Assembly (NCBI GenBank): GCA_964016885.1
Contig: OZ024741.1
Location: 182,342,001 to 182,406,000 of the forward strand
DNA from: Eledone cirrhosa
Taxonomy: Eukaryota
Direction of reading: 5' to 3'
Length of the DNA stretch: 64,000 nucleotides
Positions 50,705 through 64,000 of the stretch are shown in pieces. The notes under the pieces were generated by a model, which was not told where the DNA came from, ran no database searches, and worked only from the letters and a program-made list of their open reading frames with translations. The translations under genes and the position numbers were made by a program. Every line of letters begins with the position of its first letter. The stretch's first letter is position 1.

Positions 50705-53700
50705 CTAGCCTATAGGCGCATGGTCAGAGTAGGCCCATTCACACGGGCCATTCTCGCCACATTCATCCACCTTTTAGCAAATGTACTGGGGGCAGCACTT
50801 CTCTCTCCACCCTCACCTTCCTTTCCAGGTGAAACTTGAAGAAGTTGATGAGGGATTGACCAAAGAAAAAAGTGTCTGTCTTCAGTCCTTTTAATCTGGT
50901 CCACCATATAACCTCTTTCGCAACTGCCACCAGACAGAGGAAAATTTCCTGCTCTTCCTGACCTAAGGAAGGCGGCGGATCGATCTTCACTATGGACTCG
51001 GCCGATAGCCGGATTCGTTGCATACGCGACAGTAGCTGTTCGACATAACTCCACAAGTCAGTAATGCACGAACATTGGACAAGTGCGTGCAGAGCGGTTT
51101 CGTCGTTCTGTGCGCATCTTCGGCAGGTCCGCCTGACAGCACTTCCGTGCCTGTAGAGTTTATCCCGAACCGGCAGTGACCCCCGGTAGCATTACCAAGC
51201 GAGGGATTTCTGGAAATTGTCGATCGTCCCCGACTCCAAAGTCCTCCGGTACAGACTGGTCAGTTCGACTTCGTCGAGGCCCAAAGCTTCTCCGAGTGCG
51301 TCATCGCACTTGCCCACCACTAATCCTCTATAGAACTCGAGAGTGGAAGTTCCACTGATCGCATTGCCCGCTTGGTAGAGGGCAGTGAGTGCCTGGCAAC
51401 ATTCCAGGTGCCAGTCACCCAGTCTCGGTCTCTTCTTGACCCAGGACTGCAGCTCAGTCAAAGAAATGAGCTGCGGAAAGGCCCGTCTGATATACGGCGA
51501 CCACACCTGTTCACCGTTTAGGCGGAATATCTGGAGATGTCGCAGCCTCAACGCATGTCTGCGCATCATTAGCCACGGCATGCTCAGCCCTTCGCGTAGA
51601 GGGTGCTGGTAGCAGATGGACGGCCTCACCAACGGAACTTGTCCTCTCCACAAGAATTTGAAGAGGAGCCGTTCCAACTTAACGAGGCGCGGACGGAGGC
51701 AAGGCACGACGGTCAGGTGGTAGTAGATGTCGGACGCGATGTACGCATTTTCCACCTCCCCGCGACCTTTCAGTGATAGCTTCCTCCCAGCACAATTTTG
51801 GGTGATACTGGCTACTCTGCTCGTTACCTCATCCCAATTCTTTTCCACCTGGAGGTCTGGTCCGAACCAAACCCCGAACAACTTTACCGGTCCGTCCGTC
51901 CAACGCCCCACGACGCTGTTGGACGGTATAGGCTTGCCTCTCCAGGTTCCGAGCTGCAAGCCCACCGACTTTTCCGGGTTAAGTTTGGTTCCTGTCAACC
52001 TTTCATATTCCTTCAATAAGGTGCCGACCACCTCGATTTCTGAGTTGTCCGACACCATCACGGTGATGTCGTCCGCATAAGCCGACACCGCCTTTCCACG
52101 TCCCGGTTCGAGCGGGATGCCCTGCAGCAGTTCCAGCTTCCGCAGTAAAGGCTCCAGAGTCAATATGTACAGAAGGGAAGAGAGAGGGCACCCTTGACGG
52201 ACCAATTGGGAGAGCCGAAATGGTTCCGAGATGTGGCCATTAACCTTGACCACCGAGAGTGTGCCGCTGTGCATTGCAGCGATCCAGCTTCTGAAGACAG
52301 GGCCGAAGCCAGCTGCTTTGAGGACAAACTCCAGATAGCGATGGTTGACTCTATCGAATGCTTTCGATTGATCTAAATTGATCAGTGCCCCACCTAAGCC
52401 AGGTTTACACCCTACCCTCTCTATGATGTATCGCATGCGGTGGAGATTGTCGTGTAAGGACATGGATGGGATTGCGCAAGTTTGCGCCTCCCCAACCATA
52501 TCATTGATGACAAGCACCAATCTCTTTGCTAACACCTTGGCCAAAATCTTAAACTCTGTTTTGAGCAGAGTTATGGGCCTGAAGTTGTCTAATGTATCCC
52601 TCTTGTTCTCGTCTTTCCTTATCAGCGTCACCACTCCCCTGCTCACAGAACTGGGAATACTCCCATTCTGCTGCCAGTTGTAGTAGAGTGTTTCTAGGAG
52701 ATCGGGGAACAAGTCTGGCATATTTACGTAAAGCTCGTAGGGCAGGGCATCCAAACCGGGTGACTTGCGCCTCATGCAGCCGACAAGGGCGTCCTGAATT
52801 TCGGATGAAGTAATCGGCCTTTCGCAGCGCTCAGCGCCGACCGATGCGGCAAGCCGTCAAGGTAGGGACTGAAATCCGTTACTCTCTCTGACCCGCCACT
52901 CTCCCCGAACAACCGAGCAAAGTGCTGGAATCGCTTATCTCGTGTCCGTCTCGGTCCGCCAAAGACCGAATTGTGGTTTTATTACCACGCTGCGCCTCCG
53001 CCACGCGGGCCCATCGAACAGCTTTGGTTCCCCCGTTTCTCAGCGCACGCACCTTAGCTCTGACAATGCAACCTTCGTGTTTCGCATTGAAGAAATGGTC
53101 TAATGCCATTCTCGCCGCAAGCACGTCAGTTGCAATGCCACTACAATTATCGCCTCGTCTAAATTATCTACCAGCTCCACCTCCTTTCTATTTTTCTCTA
53201 ACGCTAGTTCTTTGCTGAACTCTATCGAAGTTACTCTAATCTCTCTTTTGAGAACACCCTCCCCCCACCATCTGTTGTTGATGATCCCCCCTGTCAACTT
53301 TTGCTTAACTAAATTGTTGACTCGGTCCTTGTAAGCCTTACGTGCCGGAAATGACATGTTCAGCTTCCAGTAACCCGGTCCCAACCTACGCGCTTTATCT
53401 AGGTCGACCATACAGATCACAAATTTGTGATCTGAATAGGCGACCGTTTTAAAAAGTGGGCAGCCTACACTATTTCTATCTATTTTCCTAATGAAGATCC
53501 TGTCTATATACGATCTAGATGACCCCATTCGGTTGGTCCATATCCATACTGGCACATTGGGGAAACTTAGTCGATACCTGTCAGACAGTTGGAACTGGTT
53601 GATTAGGTGCTTGAGGCTTTTGCACCCCCCGCTCCTATCAGCTACTCCCACACAATCCCAGCGTGCGTCTAAGATGCCGTTCCAGTCCTCCGCTAACAGT

Positions 53701-53960
53701 AAAGGGCAAGACGTACCCAGAAAGGTCTCCAGGCGCCTAAAGAAGTCCGGTCGCCCGGTCCCTGTAGGGGCGTAGACGGCCAGCAGTCTAAAGACACCAC
53801 CTTCGCTACTGCTCACATCCAAGAGCACCAACTTACCGTCCGTGTCCTGGAAGATCGACCTTACCTCGAGATCCAGTCCTTTCCTAAACAGCACAGCCAC
53901 CCCACCTCCCATTCCCGGCCTGCTAACAGATGCGAAGATCTGATAGTCGTCGAAATAACA
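50705..53960 (-). mobile_element. Tx1/L1-clade LINE, 5'-truncated ORF2 (APE endonuclease, RT, C-terminal Cys-His finger), few frameshifts
   Basis: APE: GVAVL, AVYAP, DWN, SYIDRIF, SDH, GPGYWKLN. RT (51192-52775): KSPGLD, NFRPITLL, LDQSKAFDRV, VRQGCPLS, AYADD. C-terminal CRRC...ETALH. Confidence 0.92.
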
Positions 53961-54094
53961 TCAATAGTAACAGGAAGAATAGCAATAACAACAACTGCAG
54001 TAGTAATAGAAGCAGTAGTAGTAGTAGTAAAACAATTCAACATCTACAACAGCAACAATAACATCACTGACAATAATAATTATAATATATATAT

Positions 54095-54542
54095 ATGTAT
54101 GTACGTATACATACTTATATTTAGGTATCAGCCGTACTAAGAGTGAGAAATGAAATTTCGTTTCATTCTTTTCCATTTATCGTTTTCGGTACGCCCGGCC
54201 TACTAACTCACTTGATATGCAAATTAGGCTGCTCAGCCGTTAATATGCATAAGGAAAGTATATACTTTCAAATGTTCAATCATCTGACAGAAAGGTATAC
54301 GATGCTGACGATAGCTAATAAGCTTGAAACTAGTACATCGTTCCTGTGTCAGTGTTGAACAAATGAGCAACGATGGTTGCTAGACACTGTACGGCATAAT
54401 TCGGGCTGCTTGTTTACAAACAAACCGAACATTATAATAAATATTCGGTAAGCCCATACGTACATATATATATGTGTGTGCATGTATGTATATATACATA
54501 CTACAGTACGTCTGTACACATATATGTATGTAAGTATACATA

Positions 54543-54545
<3 letters not shown>
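54095..54545 (+). mobile_element. Family C hammerhead-bearing element (second copy)
   Basis: Reverse complement of 15280-15720. Flanked by TA/TATG microsatellite. Confidence 0.8.
54300..54340 (+). ncRNA. Minimal type I hammerhead ribozyme motif
   Basis: CGATG-CTGACGA-T-AGCT AATA AGCT-T-GAA-ACTAGT-A-CATCG. Intact core, perfect 5-bp stem I, palindromic ACTAGT stem III, GUA triplet. Confidence 0.75.
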
Positions 54546-54607
<62 letters not shown>

Positions 54608-54635
54608 ATATATATATTTATATATGTATATATAC

Positions 54636-54715
<80 letters not shown>

Positions 54716-54844
54716 GAGGTATCCACAGTAAGTTGTGGGGTCTATTCTGTATGAAGAACTCGATGTAATCCATATGTTGAAAATGTTGTAGGTCAAGATA
54801 AATCTCAGAAAACAATAAAACATTAAAAGGAAAACAGAGTCATG

Positions 54845-55109
54845 ATATAAGTTAAAACAATGAAATAAAAAATCAAGTCATTAGAGATATACTTCACTGC
54901 TTTAGGATCGTTTCTAGATGATGATAATACATTGTAGCTATACTCAGTTATTGATCTATGTAAGGTTAGTTACAAACTATCAGATAAAGAGAATATTTAC
55001 TTACATGCATATCACCAGGTGTTTTCAAAAGCTTTATCATCATCTAGAAACGATCGTAAAGCAGTGAAGTATATCTCTAATGACTTGATATTTTATTTCA
55101 TGATTTTAA

Positions 55110-55115
<6 letters not shown>
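54845..55115. mobile_element. Fold-back element (about 82-bp arms) with the 3' half of a hammerhead
   Basis: 54845-54927 is inverted at 55034-55115. GAAAC-GATC-GTA at 55047-55058. Ends in (TA)n. Confidence 0.7.
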
Positions 55116-55172
<57 letters not shown>

Positions 55173-55326
55173 TATATATTTATATATATACCTTTTTTAT
55201 CCCAATAACTTATTTTAGTTATTATTCGCTCTCGGCTGAGTTATCTAATCTCTAACGCGAAGAAATACCTATGATTCCTAGCAGACAACTGACGATGGAT
55301 ATTGCCCCCTTTATCCCGAAACTTTT

Positions 55327-55370
<44 letters not shown>

Positions 55371-55726
55371 CAACAAAGAGGGTGTGGTAAGATACCAGGT
55401 GGACCATAACGCACCAGCGTACTCAATACTTAGGGTAGTGTTCGGATCTAGCTGTCGAAACGGCCGGAGCTCAGTCGTCGGGGCCCTGACTCTTTTCCTA
55501 TATATATATAGAGAGAGAGAAAGAGAATTAGTATATCTACCAACATATGTATACAGATGTATACCCATGGTAGCAAATATATATGTTATGTCTTAGTACC
55601 TTTGTGGTTCTATGCAGGGGATGCAGAACAATTATATCAAAGACGTAAAATAAGAAAATTTTAAAAATTAAAAATTAACTTACTTACTAAAATGTTCACT
55701 CCAACTAATTAGTTTCTGTAAGGGAG

Positions 55727-55797
<71 letters not shown>

Positions 55798-55847
55798 ATA
55801 AATACATGTATACACACATACATACATGCATACATACATACACACAT

Positions 55848-55906
<59 letters not shown>

Positions 55907-55976
55907 CATACATACATACATACATACATACATACATACATACATACATACATACATACATACATACATACATACA

Positions 55977-56998
55977 TGTTCAGGCCAAATGTTGGCGTTA
56001 GAATTGGCACAGCATAAGTATTGTGGGCAATGTATTTGTTGTACGCTGACAGTTCTGATGACCATATTTTCTTTACTCTTCTGAGGTATTCAGTTCCGGT
56101 TCTCTCCTTATTTATGAGTCGATCATATCTGACATTCTCATCCTGTCCAAGATATCTGTAGTTGTCACCTGACTGTAGAGGTTGTATTGTCAGGCCATTC
56201 ATCTCTACATTTCTAGAGGAGGGCACAGCTCTTCCACGTTTTACTGCCAAATATGCACACTTGGACTCACCAAATATCATTTCGATGTCTGTTGGAAATT
56301 GTGTAATGAAGTCCAATTGTTTCTTGATGTCATTGATATTTGGCCCATACAACTTCAGGTCATCAACAAAGAAAAGATAGGAGATACTTCTGGACCCATT
56401 TCTTTGTCCACCTTGTTTCCTGAGTAGGTAAGATAGTGGATTTAGTGAGAGAACGAAGAGTAGCACTGATAAGCTATCACCCTGAAAGATGCCCTTCTGG
56501 TAATGTATCTTATAATATCAAAGATTAGCGAAAAGGAGAATATTTATGCAGAACTGATGAGAAATCTGCAGATATTCCACCCTGATTACACCTTCAGATT
56601 TATGCCTGTGATTATTGGGGCACTGGGGTATGTTAGTAACTGCCTCAATACAAATCTTGAGAAGCTAGGCTTCACAGGAACAGAAAGAACACAACTAGTT
56701 AGGAAATTACAAGTACAATCCAATAATGGAACAGTAAAAATATGTAAAACATTCCAAAAATGTTGCATCTAATAACTGCATATACACATGTACAGATACA
56801 AAGCGTATACACATGCACACATACAACTCAAAACATACACATCCACACATACAATAACATCTATATCTACACATGCAGGCATGCATACATATCTACCTAG
56901 TTGATGTTGTGTAAATTCCAATGAGAGAGTCTTGTATCTATGTTAGAAACCGACTCTCTCTATTGGGAAAAAATTTGTGAAATTATAAAACCAAAACA
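55977..56998. mobile_element. R4/Dong-type non-LTR retrotransposon with inverted 5' segment, in (ACAT)n
   Basis: 55977-56510 (-) is RT: KGIFQGDSLSVLLFVLSLNPLS, LFFVDDLKLY, YRYLG, ELSAYNK...TFG. 56510-56772 (+) is the RLE C-terminus KENIYAEL...PVIIGALG. The 3' UTR runs into (ACAT)n. Confidence 0.8.
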
Positions 56999-57024
56999 AC
57001 ATACATACATACATACACACATAA

Positions 57025-57720
57025 ATGGTGGCTGCCAACTCGTTTTCGAGTACGGCCACTACTTTATATCCATGTAGGAGAACCACCCCTACCGATGCGC
57101 TGAACGAGTGTGACTTTTTAGTCCAGCCAGCGACTTGAAAACTCTGGTACAAACACTACACTTGCGACAATTATTGACACATAGTGCTGGGCCCATGGTA
57201 CCATGTGACGACAAGTGCAGAGAGATCTCCAGATATAAAGCAATGCCTGTGCCGTGAAGCTTTTATAGTGAGCAAAGGCACTGCACAAAGCCAGTCCCAC
57301 TCTCTTAAACAAGATGATATTTACCAAAAAGAAGAACAAGTCAACATCATTGGATACCATCAGGGTTGCAGGTGTTATATCAGAGTTTTCCTTCTCCTAG
57401 AATTCTGCCTTGACAAAGGCTAAGGGTATATAACACACATAAATACATACATACATACATACATACATACATACATACATACATACATACATACACACAT
57501 ACATACATACATGGTGGCTGCCAACTCGTTTTCGAGTACGGCCACTACTTTATATCCATGTAGGAGAACCCCTACAGATGCGCTGAACGAGTGTGACTTT
57601 TTAGTCCAGCCAGCGACTTGAAAACTCTGGTACAAACACTACACATGTGACAATTATTGACACATAGTGCTGGGCCCTTGGTACCATGTGACGACAAGTG
57701 CAGAGAGATCTCCAGATACA
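57025..57720 (-). mobile_element. Two tandem RTE-related short elements with (TATG)n tails
   Basis: 57025-57235 and 57511-57717 are nearly identical. Minus strand reads CSVCTRVFKSLAGLKSHTRS (RTE terminal C2H2-like motif). Confidence 0.75.
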
Positions 57721-57831
57721 AAGCATACATACATACATACATACATACATACATACATACATACATACATACATACAAGTCTTAGCGATATTAAGGAACA
57801 GCGTCAGATAGCGCACAGCGTGGATAAACCT

Positions 57832-59522
57832 ACAACAGCAGCAACAACAACAGCAATAGAAACTACAGCAATAACAACAGCAGCAACAACAGCAATAACA
57901 ACAGCAATAACAACAGCAATAACAACAGCAATAACAACAGCAATAATAACAGCAATAACAACAATAATAACAACAGCAGCAACAACAACAACAACAACAA
58001 CAACAGCAATAAAAACAGCAGCAACAACAGCAATAACAACAGCAATAACAACAGCAGCAACAACAGCAGCAACAGCAGCAATAACAACAACAGCAATAAC
58101 AACAGCAGCAACAACAGCAATAACAACAGCAATAACAACAGCAATAACAACAGCAATAACAACAGCAGCAACAATAGCAATAACAACAGCAATAACAACA
58201 GCAATAACAACAGCAATAACAACAGCAATAACAACAGCAGCAATAACAACAGCAATAACAACAGCAGCAGCAGCAATAACAACAACAGCAATAACAACAA
58301 CAACAACAACAGCAATAACAACAGCAATAACAACAGCAATAACAACAGCAGCAACAACAGCAATAACAACAACAACAACAACAACAGCAATAACAACAGC
58401 AATAACAACAGCAGCAGCAGCAGCAATAACAACAACAGCAATAACACAGCAGCAACAACAGCAATAACAACAGCAACAACAACAGCAATAACAACAGCAA
58501 TAACAACAGCAGCAGCAGCAATAACAACAACAGCAATAACAACAGCAGCAACAATAGCAATAACAACAGCAACAACAACAGCAATAACAACAGCAATAAC
58601 ACAGCAGCAACAGCAGCAATAACAACAACAGCAATAACAACAGCAGCAACAACAGCAATAACAACAGCAATAACAACAGCAATAACAACAACAGCAACAA
58701 CAGCAGCAACAGCAGCAATAACAGCAGCAACAACAACAGCAATAACAACAGCAATAACACAGCAGCAACAACAGCAATAACAACAGCAATAACACAGCAG
58801 CAACAGCAGCAATAACAACAACAGCAATAACAACAGCAGCAACAACAGCAATAACAACAGCAATAACAACAACAGCAACAACAGCAGCAACAGCAGCAAT
58901 AACAACAGCAACAACAACAGCAATAACAACAGCAATAACACAGCAGCAACAACAGCAATAACAACAGCAATAACAACAGCAGCAACAACAGCAATAACAA
59001 CAGCAACAGCAACAACAACAGAAACAGCCAAACAACAGCAATAGCAACAACAACAGCAACAACAGAAATAGCAACAACAACAGCAACAGCAACAACAACA
59101 GCAACAACAGCAACAACAATAGCAACAGCCAAACAACAGCAACAACAGCAACAGCAGCAACAACAGCAACAGCACAAGATCAATAGCAACAACAACAGCA
59201 ACGGCAACAGCAACAGCAACAGCCACCGCAACAGCAATAACAATAGCAACAACAGCAACAGCAACAACAACAGCCACACCAGCAACAACAGCAACAGCAG
59301 CAACAACAGCAACAGCAACAGCAACAACAACAACAACAGCAATAACAACAACAGCAACAACAACAACAGCAAACAACAACAGCAACAACATCAACAACAA
59401 CAGCAACAGCAACAACAACACCCACACCAGCAACAACAGCAACAGCAGCAACAACAGCAACAGCAACAGCAACAACAACAACAACAGCAACAGCAACAAC
59501 AGCAACAGCAGCAACAATAGCA
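57832..59522. repeat. 1.7-kb cryptic trinucleotide satellite (CAA/CAG/TAA; 12-bp unit ACAACAGCAATA)
   Basis: Directly visible. Occasional 1-nt deletions (ATAACACAGC) shift the phase. Confidence 0.95.
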
Positions 59523-59655
59523 GTAATTAATTAGCAACGCAGAAAACTAATTTGGATATAAATTCTAAATAACATGAAGGGATCTTTTACGTCGGACCTT
59601 ATTTAAAGAAAGTGCCTTGGATTTAAAAGTATGATTGTACACACACACACACATG

Positions 59656-59689
<34 letters not shown>

Positions 59690-59954
59690 CGCACACACGC
59701 ACACACGCACACACGCACACACGCACATATACACACATACACGCACGCACACACGCACAAATATCTGTATACATAAGAAAAACTTATACATAGTCGCCCA
59801 AATTCTTCGTACAATCACGCGCTGGGATATATATTAAAACCATCACTAACACTCAGCTTAACTATCACTGACAAGCATATAAATATATACATTCTTTTAC
59901 TGTATATACTAATATATACATACATATATGTATATACTGATATATGCATAACAT

Positions 59955-60012
<58 letters not shown>

Positions 60013-60056
60013 CATTTATATTTGTTGAATTACCAACAAATTGAATATCCCTTCTG

Positions 60057-60151
<95 letters not shown>

Positions 60152-60282
60152 TTATATATATATATACATAATTCATCCTGGCTCACTCGTAAAGTTGCTA
60201 ACACGCGTACATACTCATATATATCTATAACTACATAAATAAATTCAGTGGCATTTATAGTCTTCTATTACACACAATTCTT

Positions 60283-60333
<51 letters not shown>

Positions 60334-60485
60334 CGTAGAGTACTCGGTGATACACGATAATGTGAGTTAATAAACACGCGTTAATTTACTAAACACAGTT
60401 GTTTATTTATACATACGGCCTTAATTTCGTGTGTGTAAATGGAGTATTTCTACTGATCTGCCAAGGTTCCTGTCTATCTACCTCC

Positions 60486-60590
<105 letters not shown>

Positions 60591-60602
60591 ATATATATAT
60601 AG

Positions 60603-60634
<32 letters not shown>

Positions 60635-60635
<1 letters not shown>

Positions 60636-60674
60636 ATGTAAAATGTAAACAGAAATAACAACACAATCAGTACA

Positions 60675-60678
<4 letters not shown>
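60635..60678 (-). mobile_element. Ultra-short 3' terminus of the Penelope-like element in (TA)n
   Basis: TATGTAAAATGTAAACAGAAATAACAACACAATCAGTACAGTAT matches 19969-20013. Confidence 0.75.
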
Positions 60679-60735
<57 letters not shown>

Positions 60736-60839
60736 TGTCTGTTACGTATAAACGCACAGACACACACACACACACACTCGGACTCATATATACATACACA
60801 TACACACACAGCCTCTTTCAGTTCTTTTCTCCCGCCTTA

Positions 60840-61090
60840 TATTAATTCATGTCGTTGCAGTATTGCAGGACCAATATATGTACAACTGCTGCACATATGA
60901 TAGTTTACGTTTGTGTCTATAAGTGCGGATATGTAAGTGAGAAGATGTGCAAGAAGCATGTTCCTGCCACAAATAAGTTGGTAAAGAATTTGATAGGTAT
61001 ATCCTAGACGGACTAATGTACTGCAAAAGAACACGCTGAGTACAGCGACAGGAAATACGGGCCAAACTATTCGCACATGTGTCATAGTTT
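60840..61090 (-). mobile_element. Degenerate RTE 3' end
   Basis: PTYLWQEHASCTSSHLHIRTYRH resembles an eroded RTE terminal finger. Confidence 0.35.
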
Positions 61091-61099
61091 ATGGAAAAT

Positions 61100-63262
61100 A
61101 GAATACTTTATAGGCAATTAATAGGACGGGGAAGAGCGATCTATAAACACTCGTGATACAGGTTGTAGGAGCTAGAATAATTTATAGGCAATTAACAAGA
61201 CGTGGAAGAGCGATCTATAAACAGCAGTGATACAGGTTATAGTTAGCTAGAATACTTTATAGGCAATTAATAGGACGGGGAAGAGCGATCTATAAACAGT
61301 CCTGATACAGGTTATCGAAGCTAGAATACTTTATAGGCAATTAATAGGACGGGGAAGAGCGATCTATAAACAATCGTGATACAGGTTATCGAAGCTAGAA
61401 TACTTTATAGGCAATTAATAGGACGGGGAAGAGCGATCTATAAACAGTCCTGATACAGGTTATAGAAGCTAGAATACTTTATAGGCAATTAATAGGACGG
61501 GGAAGAGCGATCTATAAACAATCGTGATACAGGTTATCGAAGCTAGAATACTTTATAGGCAATTAATAGGACGGGGAAGAGCGATCTATAAACAGTCCTG
61601 ATACAGGTTATAGAAGCTAGAATACTTTATAGGCAATTAATAGGACGGGGAAGAGCGATCTATAAACAATCGTGATACAGGTTATAGAAGCTAGAATACT
61701 TTATAGGCAATTAATAGGACGGGGAAGAGCGATCTATAAACAGTCCTGATACAGGTTATAGAAGCTAGAATACTTTATAGGCAATTAATAGGACGGGGAA
61801 GAGCGATCTATAAACAGTCCTGATACAGGTTATAGAAGCTAGAATACTTTATAGGCAATTAATAGGACGGGGAAGAGCGATCTATAAACAGTCCTGATAC
61901 AGGTTATAGAAGCTAGAATACTTTATAGGCAATTAATAGGACGGGGAAGAGCGATCTATAAACAGTCCTGATACAGGTTATAGAAACTAGAATACTTTAT
62001 AGGCAATTAATAGGACGGGGAAGAGCGATCTATAAACAGTCCTGATACAGGTCATCGAAGCTAGAATACTTTATAGGCAATTAATAGGACGGGGAAGAGC
62101 GATCTATAAACAATCGTGATACAGGTTATAGAAGCTAGAATACTTTATAGGCAATTAATAGGACGGGGAAGAGCGATCTATAAACAATCGTGATACAGGT
62201 TATAGAAGCTAGAATACTTTATAGGCATTAATAGGACGGGGAAGAGCGATCTATAAACAGTCCTGATACAGGTTATAGAAGCTAGAATACTTTATAGGCA
62301 ATTAATAGGACGGGGAAGAGCGATCTATAAACAATCGTGATACAGGTTATAGAAGCTAGAATACTTTATAGGCAATTAATAGGACGGGGAAGAGCGATCT
62401 ATAAACAATCGTGATACAGGTTATAGAAGCTAGAATACTTTATAGGCAATTAATAGGACGGGGAAGAGCGATCTATAAACAGTCCTGATACAGGTTATAG
62501 GAGCTAGAATACTTTATAGGCAATTAATAGGACGGGGAAGAGCGATCTATAAACAGTCCTGATACAGGTTATAGAAGCTAGAATACTTTATAGGCAATTA
62601 ATAGGACGGGGAAGAGCGATCTATAAACAGCATTGATACAATTTATAGGAGCTAGAATACTTTATAGGCAAGTGGCTGAGGTGGGAAAAGCGGTCGATAG
62701 GCAGCAATGACACAGTTTATAGAAACTACGATACTTTATAGGCAGTAGCTGAGGTGGGAAAATAGTGATCTATAGGCAGCAGCAATAGAGTTTGTAGAAG
62801 CTGCGATACTTTATAGGCAACTAACTATTAGTGGAGGGAAATAGTAATTCATAGGCAGCAGTGACACAGTTTGTAGAAACTACGATACTACTAACTATTA
62901 ATGGAGGGAAATAGTGATTCATAGGCAGCAGTGACACAGTTTGTAGAAGCTAGAATACTTTATAGGTAACTAACAGTGGGAGAAATAGTGATCCATAGGC
63001 AGCAGTGACACAGTTTGTAGAAGCTAGAATACTTTATAGGCAACTAACAGTGGGAGAAATAGTGATCCATAGGCAGCAGTGACACAGTTTGTAGAAGCTA
63101 GAATACTTTATAGGCACCTAACAGTGGGAGAAATAGTGATCCATAGGCAGCAGTGACACAGTTTGTAGAAGCTAGAATACTTTATAGGCACCTAACAGTG
63201 GGAGAAATAGTGATCTATAGGGAGCAGTGACACAGTTTGTAGAAGCTACGATACTTCATACA
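61100..63262. repeat. Satellite array: about 21 copies of a 74-bp unit grading into a related 72-bp unit
   Basis: Unit AGAATACTTTATAGGCAATTAATAGGACGGGGAAGAGCGATCTATAAACAGTCCTGATACAGGTTATAGAAGCT (period 74, e.g. 61323 and 61397). After about 62670 the units diverge, then AGAATACTTTATAGGCAACTAACAGTGGGAGAAATAGTGATCCATAGGCAGCAGTGACACAGTTTGTAGAAGCT follows. Confidence 0.95.
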
Positions 63263-63367
63263 AATTTCTAAAAGGAGATTATGGTGCTTCATAGAGAACA
63301 GTGGCAGAACTTATATATAAGCTACATTTCATGATAAAGCTGTTGTATTAAGACTGGATCTCTCCCA

Positions 63368-63912
63368 TAATAATTGTTTCTACTTTAAGTACAAGGCCAA
63401 CAATTTTGATGGAAAAAGGAAAGTCGATTAAATCGACCCCAGTGCTTTATTTTATCAACCTCGTAAGGATGAAAGGCAAAGCTTACCTCGGCGGAATTTG
63501 AATTCAGAACATAAAGGGCTGAAACTCTATGTCACAAAGCAGGGTGTCTGACGCTCTACCGATACTGCCAATCCACTTCCCATGATAATTGTTTCTACGT
63601 TAGGCACAAGGCCAGCAATTATCCAGTACATTACTGGTACTTTATTTTATCGACCCCGTAAGGATGAAAGGCAAAGTCAACCTCGGTGAGATTTGAACTC
63701 AGATCGTAAATTCCCATGATAATTGTTTCTACTATTGGCACAAGGCCAGCAATTACTCAGTACATTACTGGTACTTTATTTTATCGACATCGTAAGGATG
63801 AAAGGCAAAGTTAACCTCGGCGCGATTTGAACTCAGAATGGCAAGGGCCGTAACTCTATGCGTCAAAGCATGGCGTCCGACCCTCTACCAATTCTGCCAG
63901 TTCACCTCCCAT
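63368..63912 (-). mobile_element. Tandem cluster of three SINE family A copies
   Basis: Copies start at about 63373, 63586 and 63720, each preceded by TCCCAT(A/G)ATAAT. Confidence 0.88.
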
Positions 63913-64000
63913 GATAATGAGAGACAACCTTAAATAAGATACTTCCAGCATTGTTGTATAGAGACTGGACGATCTTAGACTAACCAAGACACCGTCGACA

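Noticed and set aside
57601-59517. Long poly-L/C/V ORFs (up to 638 aa) on the minus strand
   Set aside because: Artefact of the trinucleotide satellite; they change frame at 1-nt indels.
61100-63262. CRISPR array or tandem zinc-finger gene
   Set aside because: Units are near-identical over their full length, 74 is not a multiple of 3, and there is no long ORF or C2H2 pattern.

Overview
AT-rich eukaryotic repeat-dominated DNA. The SINE families and the dense (TA)n/(CA)n/(ACAT)n/(GA)n microsatellites suggest a cephalopod (octopus-like) genome; this is my inference from family recognition, not a database result. I found no intact cellular gene, only one possible first coding exon at 38778. Mobile DNA content: a TIR- and TSD-complete Chapaev3-type DNA transposon; a mariner derivative; a Tip100/ZMYM1-like hAT; Charlie/Buster-like hAT relics; a near full-length Penelope-like element (RT + GIY-YIG); Tx1/L1, RTE, R4/Dong and CRE-like LINE fragments; many tRNA-derived SINEs; and 40-bp and 74/72-bp tandem arrays. 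The most notable pattern is a set of at least seven sequence-unrelated short non-coding elements sitting in (TA)n tracts. They carry minimal type I hammerhead-ribozyme motifs (CTGANGA/CCGANGA ... GAAA ... NUH with stem I), and many are long fold-back palindromes. They look like a diverse population of non-autonomous Penelope-type ribozyme retroelements. All family assignments come from reading motifs by eye, and boundaries are approximate unless a TIR or TSD is quoted.
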